Shown: piece by piece, positions 13,675 through 27,400 of the stretch
How positions within the stretch are numbered: the stretch's first letter is position 1
Layout: every line of letters starts with the position of its first letter
DNA from: Trichinella spiralis
Taxonomy: Eukaryota
Reading direction: 5' to 3'
Assembly: GCF_000181795.1 (NCBI RefSeq)
Contig: NW_003526941.1
Coordinates: 1,980,232 to 2,044,231 of the forward strand
Length of the DNA: 64,000 nucleotides
Program-made: the position numbers and the translations under genes
Notes under the pieces: model-generated
The model's database searches: none
Seen by the model: the letters and a program-made list of their open reading frames with translations, nothing else
Told to the model about the DNA's origin: nothing

Positions 13675-15447
13675 AAGCGTTCAACCCTTCTCGCCGATGG
13701 GATTCTTGTCATTTGTTGGAATTTTTCGGTGTAGAAGGGGAGCGGGGGAAGGAATCGTTGAACGATTGCACATTGGGCGAGGCAGCTCGCTGTAACAATT
13801 TTTTTCGTTCCAAAATATGCTTGCTGGCTTGTCTTTTTCGTTTACGCACTTGATGAAGAAAAATTTTTCTTTCATTTTATTATACTTCCTTTTTGAAAAT
13901 CTATTTTCCTTAGTTGCCACTTTCTTTGGGCGTGCCACGAATACAACATTTACACAACGAACAGAAGAAGAACACAGATCTGTTCGCTGGCTGTTATCTT
14001 TCCTTTATCATTTCAGTCCTTTTGTATATTTTGGAATAATTTTATTTTTAAAAAAAGTTTTTCTTTTTAACTCTGGCTCATCCTATTCCGGCCGTCCAAA
14101 GTCGTCTGTACTGTAGAATACTGCTCGGTAAAGAAATGCAGGAAAAGAGATAAACAAAAGAAAAAGAGCAGCATTTTCGACAACATCGATATAATGCATA
14201 AATGCTGACGAAATAAATGTTGTGCATGTCAACTGGGAGAAGAATGTTTTTAAAAGGAGCTGTTTCTCGGAAACTATGATGTTTTGATGCATATATTATC
14301 ACCCTATATATATTTGTACTTGTTTTGGAAACTTGTAAATAAATTTGAATTTATCATGCGTTCACTTTGTTTTCCTTAACAATTAGTAATTATTGAATAA
14401 ATGAAGTGAACAAATGTGAGTAAATTTCTCTTGGAAAGCGTCACTAATTTCGAAGCAAAGAAAAAGAAAGCCCTTTGAAGAAAGACAAAACGAACCTTAT
14501 TCAACCTTGGTTGTGATGAATAAATTTTTGTTGGTCATAAAATTTTCTTTTCTAATCTCAGCCAGATGAAGAGCCCTGTTGAAGTTAATTAATTAATTAA
14601 TTAACTTACGCGATGCACACTGTTCAGCACTGTAAACGCGCTATTTGTAACTATAACTCATACTATAACTACTTGATATTGATTTGCAAGTTCAATTTAA
14701 AAAAAGTATTTAGCCAAATTTTTTTTCAAAATTTAAACATAAACAACTTGGAAAGAGAGTACTGAATGCATGCATAGACTATATGATTACTGACAAAGAG
14801 CTTCCTTTGCACTTAACATTGCATTATTGCTGGAATGGAATTATTATTGTACGCAGTAGGAAATACATAGGAAAAGAAGAATAACAACATAAGAAACCTT
14901 GATAAATTTTCATAATGCACACACAAAACAAACAAATAAACGCATAGGACATGCAACTGTGTGTAAAGGAACCACCAATGAAACTGATATAATAAACAAA
15001 AAAAACATTTTTACCTGAGAAATAAAAAATACTGTTGTTGCTCGGAGATTATCAGCTTTGTTTTCATTTTTGGCATCGCACTTTTGTAGTGGGTAGCCAG
15101 TTGCATTCACTTTTGCACAGGCCTTTTGAATCAATCATTGCAGGACGTTGAATTCAATCGAACTAACTGCTCGTATCTTCAGCTCGAACTGATAAGACGA
15201 ATTATTATCAGTTAAACGATATTTTTGCATAAAAAGCCTTGAATTTGCAAATAATAACTGTGACATCACAAGTATGTTTGCTCACGTGAGATAGATATGC
15301 TCACGATAATAATAATAATAATAATAACCAGTTCAACTGATTTATTGGGCTTCATTTATTGTCCCGTAAAGCAAACTCTGAGTAAACAAATTCAATACTG
15401 ACATGCTTAACGTAAAAAGAAACAAAACAAAAAAAGTAGAATTTAAA

Positions 15448-18400
15448 TTAAATTGAGGATTGTATGTTGTTAAAAGCAAGTAAACAATGCGTTAAGCAAT
15501 GATGTTCTGAACGAAAATTGTTCAAATTGCCCCCACAACCAGAAAATTGAAATGATACGCATCGCCGTAAAGTAGACACATATGCAAAACGCATGCCGCG
15601 CTGTCGACCAGCATCAGCACAAGTTGATGTTCCTTCATCAATTGGTTGTGAACAAAACGCTTCTAAAATAGACCACACATATAAATGTAGGAATAAATAA
15701 TTCATGTATAAATAAAGAATACCAGGTTTTGGACAGCAAAGACTTGTTTCCGCTACAGCAATGCAGATATAGTTGCTTGGACAAAGGGGATATTTGATTA
15801 ATGTAGAAAAGCTGTTACTGGTGTTGCTGTGGTTGTTGTTGTTGTTGTTGTTGCATTCTTTCAATTGACCTGATGCAGTTATCAACGGTTCACCATGAGC
15901 ACACGGAAAACCATCGACCACTGAGGGAAGCACTATCGATGGATACACTTCTTCAACCAGTGGCCATTTAGAATTACTCAAATTCCAACTCAACTTTGCA
16001 TGTTTGCAAGTACGCAAGCATTCGGCATAAGTAAAGAAATTGTTCTCGTTGCCTTGATAACCTTTGTAAATGAATGGCTTGCAGTGACGAACAGAAATGT
16101 CGTAATACCATCGCTGAACGTTCAGCGAACCTTCACCAATTAATAGTGGAAGCTGACATGGGTCAGCTAACAATGGACAGCAGAAGCCTGTGGCGGAATT
16201 CGCCCCTACACGACAATAATGACCGACTGGACAAGTGAGCTTGGTCAAAACGCCCACTCGTGAACAGCGCATCGGTTCACCGTAAGCGTCTAAATGAGCC
16301 CGAGAACCAAAAGCACAAAAACGAACGTGATGCTCTGATTGACAACTGGATTCACAATCGGCCAAGCTTTCAAAATTATTTTCACTACCTCCTTCTCCAG
16401 AATAAACAAATGATTGACAAGTTTTACTTGTAGGATTGTAATACCAGCGAGCTAACTTTGCAGAACCTCTACCCGGAATCAAGGGTTGCATGCATGGATT
16501 TTCGTCTGAAAATTAAAAGCAATAAAAAAAAATAAATATCACAAAATACAGATAAACGTGGATAATAATAATTACAAACTTTTCAAAATTGGACAGCAGA
16601 TGTTTAACTGATTGGAACCAGGACTGTAGCAGAAATAATTCAATGGACACGAAGCTTCAGAAATGCAGTGAACCACATCGCCATCATCATTTCGATACGG
16701 TTCACCCTGACCGCACAAAGTGACTACTTTTTTCCTTTGAATGCGAGAAAATGGTAACAAATCTTTTTTCACTTCAGTTCGTCCAGGCCAACCACGACAT
16801 CGACTTAAGCACTGCTGTTCAGTGACAAAATTATTCGCACTACCACCAATGCCCGTATAAGTGAACAGCTTACAACGCCCATCCTTCAGATCATAATACC
16901 AACGTTGTAAATTTAGATTTCCAATGCCAACGTTTAACGGTAGCTCACAAATACTTCCGTCTTGAAAAATAAGAATTAACAGAACGAATTCAAACACAAT
17001 TTCAAAAAAACCTTAACTAACTTGTTGGACAACAAACTGACGTTTCAGCTTTTGCACCAATATGACAGTAATGATCAACTGGACAAATATAAGGATTTTC
17101 AACGCTACAATGGATCAACTTACCGTTCACCTCAGCCAATGGCTGGCCATCAGCACACGGATTCATAAATTCTTAAAATACAACACAACACGATGCAGAT
17201 AGAATATTTTTTTACATAATTAACTAATGATTTTCATACATATATATATATATTTAATTACCAGGACAATTTTTTTGACAATCAGCACGGGATAGAAAGT
17301 TGTTCTGATTTCCACCCAAACCAGCATAAGTGAACGGTCTGCATTGTCCGCTGATCGAATTGAAATACCATCGGTCCAAATTGGCCGGCCCGACACCAAC
17401 AGACAGTGGAAGTTGGCATGGATTGGTTTCTTAAATAAACATGCACACATTTACATATGAACATAAAAAGAAAAGTGCGAAAATGAAGTGAAACTTACCG
17501 CCAGGACAACATACAGTGGAGTATTTGTTGGCGCCAACGTGGCACCAGTAATTCGGCAGACAAAGTTCTGAACCTTTTGGACTGCAAAAGAAGATCGAAT
17601 TCGAAGTCGGATCTCGATACGGTTCACCATACGGGCAAGGGTTGGCAAATTCTAATGCCAACGAGAAGTCAAATATTCAAAAACCCTCGCTTAATCTTTC
17701 ATCTCAAAAATGAATTAATTCGGTCATCAATTTTACCTGGACACTTTTGCTGACATTCAGTTCTTGTGAGGAAATTGTTCGCATTGCCACCTCTGCCAGT
17801 ATATAAAAAGCGTTTACAAATTCGGTCATGCTGATCGAAATACCATCGAGGCGTTGAAGCTGTGCCAACAGCTATACCTTTGCTCAATTCCAGGCTGCAT
17901 GGATCTGAAACTGCAAAACACGACTTTGAATTACTGCTTTCCATCTAATTGAATGACTGTAATGAACTTAAACTGCAAAATGTGCAAAATCACCGAAAAA
18001 AACAACATCGACAGTACATTTGATAAGTACGTTGCTAAAGGTGTGTAAAAATGATAACAGCCCTTTTGAAACATCAGTGATAATAATTATGATCAATGAA
18101 AACGAAGAAGAACGAATTAGACGCTAAAAATTATGGCCCCCATGTGCAATAAATCGTTTCATAAAATGGAAGAACGTTTAAAAATAATTACCTCGCTTTA
18201 TAATAGCCTAAAGGAAAACTAGTTTGACAATTTATCAGAGAAATGATCAGATCGCGTTGTTCGAGTTTCACAGAATAATCAGAAAGAATATATATATTAT
18301 CATACGCTACTTAGCTAAGCAAAATGTTCAAAGATGAACATTTCAAGTTGATTAATTTGAAAATAACGCACCACTGTCAATAAATAAATATGTTTCATAT

Positions 18401-21400
18401 TTTTCAATTGAATAGTGAGAAAACATTTACAATCACCACTACCGCCGTCAACTGGAACAACAGCTGCAGGTTATTTTATTAGTACAACCACTGCTTGTCA
18501 ACGATGACTTACTGGCTATTGACAAAGGGTAAAAAAATATTCACATCCGTTTCTTTGTTTTCCTTCATGCGTTAATTATTAAATTGTGTTCAACATACAG
18601 AAACGATTAATCAGCGAAATTTAATAATTCAACCACGACGCTAAACGTGAATTGAAGCAGAAACGAATGAATGGGACTGTTTTCAAGTAACGTAAAAAAA
18701 TTTTTCTCAACGCAATGAACTTTCTTTTTTCAAAAAAAACTATTCTTCTTATGTAACAATGGAGTTTAGTGATATTTTTCACAGAGGAAGATGTTCATAA
18801 ATGGGAAATGCAAAAGTCCAGCATGAAAATGAAATACTTGCACATATTTTCTTACTGTATTAAATATCAAATGTTAGAAATCAAACTGATTCCAATTATT
18901 TCCGTTCACTCTTCGCTCTCCAAGTGTGGTTAAATAAATAAATAAATAGGTATGCCTGCGCTGAGTGAACTGATCAAAAAAGGAAAATTCTCGACTGCAT
19001 ATATTTTGAGATGATGGACGAACAAAAATACCCAGCGCTGAATGAAACTGTATGAAAGATCAAAACCGTTGAAACAAGACGAAGCATTATTGAATTTTCA
19101 GTTCAAACGATGACATTTGCAAATGTCGAAGGTAAATAATTACTGCAGTGTAAACGACGAAAAGCGGAATATTTCAAATTACTGCAGACAGGATCATTGA
19201 AATTAAGCGAGAGCAAAAAAACCATGAAAGCCGAGCAAATAAATTAAAATTTCCATTGAAAAGCAGTGTCGAGAAAAAATTGTGATGCTGAATTTGAAAT
19301 TGCCATATAGTTGTGGGTTATTTTTGGCGAGATGAAAACAACAAGCCACTACTACACGCCAATGACGTTGACCACCATATGGCAAATAAATCAAATGCAA
19401 TTTGGCGCCTATGCGCGTGTCATTGAAACTGAAAAACAAGCTCGTGCAAAAGTTTCAGCAACAACAACACCAAAAACAAACAATAGCAGAAGAAAAAGGA
19501 AGCTAACAGTTTGATTTAAATAAATTGATTATAAAGTCAAAAAAACACACATATATAAATACAATGAGAAGTGTAACTCCCCAGTAGTAGAAATGACAAG
19601 TATATGGGTCATGTGGTGTGGTAAATGTGTCAGACGGTAATGCGCACCGTAATCTTTTGTACTGTTGAACCTTATTTTTCTTTAAACTTCGCCTGGAAAA
19701 AAAGTCATCGCAACAGACGCTCAGCGCAGAATAAGAATTCAATTGGGTGGAAAAACAAACAACAAACACGGCACATTTGCACATGCTGTTGCACTACTAC
19801 TATTTATGGACTATATTATTATTGTTATTGTGTGAACGCTGCTGGGCCAGTCGTTGTTATCCGACGACGACTATTGGCTGCGGTGAGCAAACAAAGAAGT
19901 TATAAAAGAGAAGAACAATGGGCGAGCGTTCATTTTCATTTGTCAGTCTTTGGACAGAAACGACACTCGCGCTGCTGCTACTCGTCGGTTGCTATTTTGC
20001 AGTGTTGTTGTCAACGTGTGCACAGACTGAAAAGTATTCCATTCAGCTTGTACGCTAGCAAGTTTTGCACGCTACTTTTTTAGCTGTAGATTCGGTTACA
20101 GGTAAAATGCTCCGGCTCCATCCGAGGTACGTGGTGGACATGCACACCCTTTGGTGTGAACGGGAAAGAAGAAAGCGTCGCATCAAGCGACGGATATTTT
20201 TAATCGGCTTGTTCAGCAATTTAATCGGCATCATCTTGTTCGTCACGCTGGCCGTTTTGGTCAACTCGCCCGAGTGGACAAGGGACAGTGACGAGCTGCG
20301 GACGCGGGATCAGTCGACGGAGAATCGAATCGAACAACGTTGCCGAATGGTCAAGCAGAGCGGCGGATGGCGCCAGACGGCCGTCAACGTGCTCGAAAAC
20401 GTCGAAGCTTCGGTCGACGCTTGTTCGGATTTTCACGAATTCGCTTGCGGCGGTTGGCGGCGTCGCCACGCCCAGTACGGCCACACCGTTCGAGACTTGC
20501 TCACCGAACGACTGTTCGAACAGATACGACGAGCGTTGGATTTGGTCGACGAACGCACCCCACTGCGAGCGCTGCGTCGGCTCAAGTTCGCCTACGCCGC
20601 CTGCGTCGACACCGAAGCGATGGATCTACTCCAAGGTAAGCCGCTGTGCCGACTACTGACCGGCAACGGCGATCCGGTGCTCGGCTCTTGGCCGCTGCTC
20701 GAACTGCCCGACACTGAGCCGGGATCGGGAGCGGGCGTGGCGTTCAAAATTGGCCATCTCAAAGCCGAGTATGGTGTCGACACGGTGTTCTTCGCCCACG
20801 CCAAGCCCGACGCCGGCGACAATGACCGCTCGTTCGTGCTCGAATTGTCCGGCGCTGCGTTGCCGTTGGGTTTGGGCTCGTTCACCGGCCTCTACTATTT
20901 GGACGAGACTCACTACGGCTGGATAATGCGAGAATATGCTCAACTGATCGAACGAGTCGCCCAACTGTTGCGCAAGCAGATGCTCAGTGCCGATCATCCG
21001 CATCCGGTGCTGATCAATCGAACCGAAATTGACCTGATGGTCGAATTTGAACAAAATCTCGCCCGGGCTGTTTTGGACGCCACCGACGATGACGACGCTG
21101 AGATGACGTGGTCGTTGCAGACGTTGCAAGAGCAAATTCCCAATTTCGACTGGTTCGCCATGTTCGAAGCTCTGCTGCAGCCGGATGTGTTGGAAAGAAT
21201 CGTGCCCACAGACAACGCTGCTGCTGATAGTGAAGGTCGTTTACGTGTCAAGCCGGCCTTTTTGGCCAATGTGACGGAACTGTTGCAACAAACTAACAAC
21301 CGAACCATAAACAACTACCTCGTCTGGCGACTGGTGAAGCAGAGCTTGCCGTTCCTGGGTCAGGAGTATCGAGACGCGTTGCGCCAGTTCGACCGAGCCA

Positions 21401-24400
21401 CACGACTCAGAGGCCACTCTGCCAAGACCGAAGAAGACCGGTGGCGCGAATGCGTGGCGCTGATCAACCACAATGATCATTTGCCTGGACTTGGCTACGC
21501 GTCTGGCCGACTGTACGCCGAGCACGCGTTCGACGACGACGAACAAGCCGACGCCGAATGGCTAATTGAAGAGCTGCGCCACACCTATCAAGAAAGCGTG
21601 GGCCGGCTGCGCTGGATGGACCCGAAACAGAGACACGCCGCGGTCGACAAGCTCACCTCCATGCGCCGATACGTCGGCTATCCGAACTGGATACGAAACG
21701 ACGAACGTTTGGAAACCTACTACGAACGATTGGAGTTCGACGATGATCACGACGGTGCGTTCGAAGTTCACTTCAAGCTGCGCTCCTGGGCAGTCAGAGA
21801 GAACATGCGCTCGTTGCTGTCCGGCGCTGAACGACTCGATCAGTTCGTCGGCTCGCCGGACGCCACTGAATCCTGGTACGACAGACAGCTCAATATGTTG
21901 ACTATACCGATCGGCCAGCTGCAGCCGCCGTTCTACCGCAGCGACTTTCCCAGGGCAGTGACGTTCGGCGGGTTGGGCAGTGCCGTGGCTCGCGAAATTA
22001 CCCGCGCCTTCGACCCTGTCGGCGCCAAGTACGATGCCCGGAGCCGCCAGCTGAACTGGTGGACCGCTGAAAACAAGCTTCGTTTCACCAACATCACCGA
22101 CTGCTTGTCCAACGATTATGAACAATACTGCTATCCCCATTTGAACCTGTGCGTCAACGGGCAGCGTACTGCCAACGAGAATCTGGCCGACTTGGTTGGT
22201 CTGAGTATCGCCTATGCAGCCTACAGAAACTGGACCACTGCTCAAGGAGAAGCAGAACCAAGTTTACCGTTGGTCGATTTTACACCAGAACAGTTGTTCT
22301 TCCTCAGCTATGCAAACTTATGGTGCAGTCACAGTAGCGAACAAGCGTTGATCGATCAACTAACTACAGGCTACGAGGCACCGGATCGGTATCGACTTAT
22401 CGGGACACTGCGCAATTTCCCACCATTTAGCGAAGCGTTTCACTGTTCACCAGAATCTTACATGAGTCCGTCGAAACGATGTGATATATATAATTGAACT
22501 TGTATTTTTATATTATTCACTTGTTTTTTCTTTCTGACATTATATCCTTTCACACGAATGACTGACTGTTGTACATTTATGCTTGCGTTGTTATTGTTCA
22601 TTCTATCCACATGCATGGAAAATACTTTTTTCCCATGTGTATGTTATTATGCTTTGGAATGAATTGAATAAAATCAGTGAAAATTGCCAATTGCCTCATC
22701 TCATATCGCAGAATAATTTTAACCAACAATCACATTAAAATCCACTTACCTCCTTCACAGCAAACTGATGTTTCAACAGTAATGCCAACGTGACACCAAT
22801 AACCAACAGGACAAGTATTTCGATTTTGGGCACCGCAATAGATGACGTCGACATCTGATCCAGCGTCACGTGGACAAGGGTTCAAAAACACTAACAATGT
22901 AAAATAAATAGATCAGCATTTTATACAGAATATGTTGGAAATTCACTTCTCAACAAAATACCTGGACATTCTTGAATGCACTGCGATTCAGTAAGAAAGT
23001 TGTTCTGATTACCCCCGCGGCCAGTGTAAGTAAATTCCAAACACTGTCGACTATTCTGATTAAAATACCATCTCTTCAATTTCTCTGAACCAATGCCAGG
23101 TAACATTGGCAACAAGCAGCGATCACCTTCTGCAAAATAGGCAATCATTTCAAACAAGACAACTAAATCAGAGAACAACTTGAAAAATACACCTCCTTGA
23201 CAGCACACAGTAGTCTCAGCATCTGCTCCATAATGACACCAATATCCAATGGGACAGCCGGTGTTTCCATCACCACAATGTACAATGGTACCTTTTTCTG
23301 ATCTAGAGGGATCTCCGATTGGGCATGGATTACGAAATTCTGAACATAAATAATGGAAAAAAATTACGACCAGAATTAATAGAATGTAAAAATATCAAAA
23401 ACACAATTAAACTGAAATGTGCTTGCTCTACGAACCAGGACATCGCGCCATGCAGTCCTGCTTAGCAAGAAAATTGTTTTCATTTCCACCGGATCCGGTA
23501 TAAACAAAGCGATTACAACGACGAGCGTGACGGTCAAAATACCAGCGTACCAATACAGACTGACCAGTGCCCGTTTCAGCTGGCAAAACGCATGGATTAT
23601 CAGCGGCTGGACAACAAACTGAATTGCTATTTGAATCGCCCACGTGGCACCAATAGTTCGCCGGACAAAGATGCACACCGGTGGCCGTGCAAAGAATGTA
23701 TTGTCCGTTGGCCGCGGATGCAGGTTCACCTTGTCGACAAGGGTTCTGGAAAACTGATCAAAAAAGCAAATACTAGAGTTGATGATGAATTTAAAAGTTG
23801 CTCAAATAATACTGAAAAAGGCACTGACCAGGACAACTGTTTTCACAATCACCTCGACTGAGGAAATTATTCTGGTTGCCACCCAAGCCTGAATATGTAA
23901 ATGGCAAACACTGCTTTGTTTGACTGTTGAAATAAAATCTCGGTAACATTAAAACACCTTCACCCACTTGTAACGGCATCAAACAGGATGCGTTTTCTAC
24001 ATATAAAAAAGTAAAACAACCGTTTGAAGAATATGGACAAAAAATATTCACAAAAAGCATTCAATTACTGAGATATGAAGAGTCTACTTTTTTAGTCGAA
24101 TTCTCCACTGGTTTTCGCTTACGAAAGCTTGTTATTTCATTTTCTGAAAACAGAAATGTAATATAATTATTCAGCACACTTTTAATTCAATATGAAATAA
24201 AACGTTTCTGCTATTTAACAACAACTCGCGAAATACATTAAATGATGAATGAAAGGCATCAAGCTTCATATCATTCATGAAACCCCAAAACTGCTCATGA
24301 TATGCTTACCATATGGACAACAAAGAGTCGACTGCTCATCACCACCGACGTGACACCAGTAGCCTTCAGGACAGTCATCCATGTCGGCTACGCTGCATAG

Positions 24401-27400
24401 TACAATGTTATCTTGTTCATCACGAGCTGGATTTCCATTAATGCAAGGATTACGAAAAACTAAAGGTAAAAGAAAAAACGGACAACAATAAATCAAAACT
24501 CATTTCATATACATGTATAATTTATCATTGCCTGGACAGCGTTGTTCACATTCTTGTAAAGTCATAAAGTTATTCTCATTTCCATGTAAACCTGAATAAA
24601 GAAAACTGTGACATGTCTGCGTTTCCCGAATGTAGCCGTAGCGTAACAAGGACGCTTGACCAGAGCCTTGTTCTACAGGCAATTCACATGGATTAGTAGC
24701 TGAAATGCAAGTAGAAATGCAAAACTGTTAAAACAGCACACTGTTGTTTATATTAGCTTTACCACCAGGACAACAAACGGAACTTTCCAAATCAGCTCCA
24801 ATGTGACACCAATAGCTGCTAGGACAAATGGTCGGCGTGGTTGCTCCACATCTTGTAATGTGACCGTTAAGATTGATGTGAGGTGGACCAGTAGTGCATG
24901 GGTTCTGAAATTCCGGGCATCTCGATCGGCAAGCTTCAATAGTTTCAAAATTGTTCTGATTTCCACCGCTTCCGGTGTAGGTAAAACTCAAACACATTTT
25001 CGTATCCGTATTGTAATACCAACGACTTAGCACACTGTTACCATTTCCACGACTTTGTGGAAGCTGACATGGATCTGAATCTGAAATGAAATAACAAGTT
25101 TCTTTTAAATCCTTTTACATTACATTGAATAAAATTATAGTTATAATTATAATGCAAACCAGCATCACCTCCAGGACAGCACAGTGTCATCGCCGCAGTT
25201 GCACCCAAGTGACACCAATAGTTTTCAGGACATGTTCCATCTTCGTCACTGTTGCAAAATACAGGAGTGTTGCTTCGTCGATTTATCAACGGCATTCCTT
25301 CAGAACAAGGATTCTCCAAAACTGAAAAAGAGAATGAAAAGTATAAAATGGCACCGAGAATAGAAGCAACACTTCCCAAATACCTGGACAAGAGGCTTCA
25401 CAATCTTGCATTGTTACAAAATTGTTTTGATTTCCTTTTCGGCCACTGTACGCAAAAGTTTCACACTGTCTACTGGTTTGATTGAAAAAGAATCTTGGAA
25501 TGTGCAATGATCCAGTACCTTCTGATTTTGGAAGTGAGCATGGGTCGTCAGATGCTAAGTAATAAAATTAATATACAAATTGTAAATATATAAAATATAA
25601 CAAATAATTCGAAAACAAAAAAATGATTTTGAACAACGGAACTTCTACAAAAAAATATTTTATATATATTTCACAGTTTACCAAAAGGACAACAAACAGA
25701 ACTTCTTTCGTCGAATCCAACATGACACCAGTAACCAGGAGAACAAAATCCATTTGTAGCTGAGCAAAACGCTACCTGACCACTTTGGAAATCGATGGGC
25801 GGTGTACCAGCTGGACAAGCATTGTCATACTCTAAAATCAGTGAAATGTAAATATAAAAGTGATAAAAACAAAATAAAAAATTTAACATGAACAGACAGA
25901 TGAATGAACAAGAAACATCTTTGCTAATACTTTACCAGGGCAAATACGCCGACAATCAGACAATTGGACAAAATTGTTCTCATTTCCACCAGTACCAGTA
26001 TAAGTGAAAGATTTGCATGTCGATGACTGAGAGTCAAAATACCATCTGGATAGAAATGAAGCGCCGTTTCCAGGCTGCAGTGGAAGCTGGCAGACAGAAA
26101 ATCCCGAAACAGATGTCGCTAAAAATTGAAGCAGCTGTAATTATTATTCATTTTGATACGGTTGATGCTAAAAAGCGTGGTCCAAGAGCTTACGAGATGT
26201 TCTTAAACAGCAGACCGTGGTCTCTTTTTTGGCACCAATGTGACAGTAATAATTAAATGGACAAATATTCGAATTTTCTGACGAACAGAATAACCAACTT
26301 TGACCATCTCCAGCCAAAGCCGGATAGCCAAGAGCACAGGGGCTAGGCTGAGGTCCTTTGCAATTAACAAGTTAAACAGTAATATTACAAAGTGCTTTTT
26401 CGAAAAAAATATTCACCTCGTCCACATTCTGCAAAGCATTCCTGTTCAGACAGAAAATTATTTGCATTGCCTTTTGTGCCGGCGTACAAAAAGAATTTGC
26501 ACCCATTCAACTTTGAATCATAAGCATAGCGCTGTAATCGATTTTGCCCAACTCCACTGCTCACAGGCAAACTGCACGTATCACCTGTAAAACATGCATG
26601 CACATTATTTACTCTAACAATTTGTCAAAGTAATATTTAAAACACAATAAAAAAGATACCATAACAGATATTATTTACATTAAAAAAATGTAAATCAAGC
26701 TTCGTATCAGAAATTGCAATAGAATAGCGGAATTTTACCACTACTTTCACTCACTGCGCAAATAAATATTGTGCATTCGTAAAATGTTTACTCAAATGCT
26801 AACCAACGTCTGATACAAAATGTAATAAATAAAAATATAAATCAACAACAATACAATGCAAAGGAATGCAAAGGAATTTGTAATTAATAATGCTAATTAT
26901 TATTACTAAGTATAAACAAGGCATTAATAAATTTGCTGAAAATTAATTCTATAATTTTGAACAGCAGATGATGATGCTAAGAGCACCAACAAACAGGCGT
27001 CGCGATGACGGCATAAAACGTGACTGTGCTAATAAACGACAGATTTTTTCTCCAGTGCAGTGAATGGATTCAAATCTAAAGTTGGCATTCAGTATAAATA
27101 TCTCAATTGCAAAAACATGAATTCCATGAAACAACACGCAAACAAACAAAAAACTTCATACTACTATTTTTCATGCATGATTTGCAACATCACATACATA
27201 AAAAGCATTCTGCATGCATTCCTGAGTCAATCGAGCAAAATTAAAATTTTGCTTTTTCCTTTCACACATGAACTTAACGCATCAACACAAAATGCTTGCA
27301 TTGTAAATTACGAAAGCAACTAACTGTTCAGTTGAAGAAAAAAACAATTACCAGGTTGCAACTGAATTACACACTTTTTATCAAGATGCTCTACTAATGC

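Noticed and set aside
21991..22005. Idea that the two CGC codons derive from an A-to-I edited mRNA fixed by retroposition, or are edited back to His
   Set aside because: Ordinary transitions explain CAC>CGC, other active-site motifs are also degenerate, and no established G-to-A editing route would restore His. Not supportable from sequence alone.
20221..22245. Several overlapping ORFs (up to 227 aa) in other frames and strands of the neprilysin gene
   Set aside because: Expected shadow ORFs of a GC-rich coding sequence; no recognisable motifs.
20107..22497. Horizontal transfer of a bacterial M13 peptidase, suggested by high GC and absence of introns
   Set aside because: The protein has animal neprilysin features (type II TM anchor, conserved C..DF..FACGGW and C-terminal cysteines). 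Retroposition or intron loss is more parsimonious; a phylogeny would settle it.
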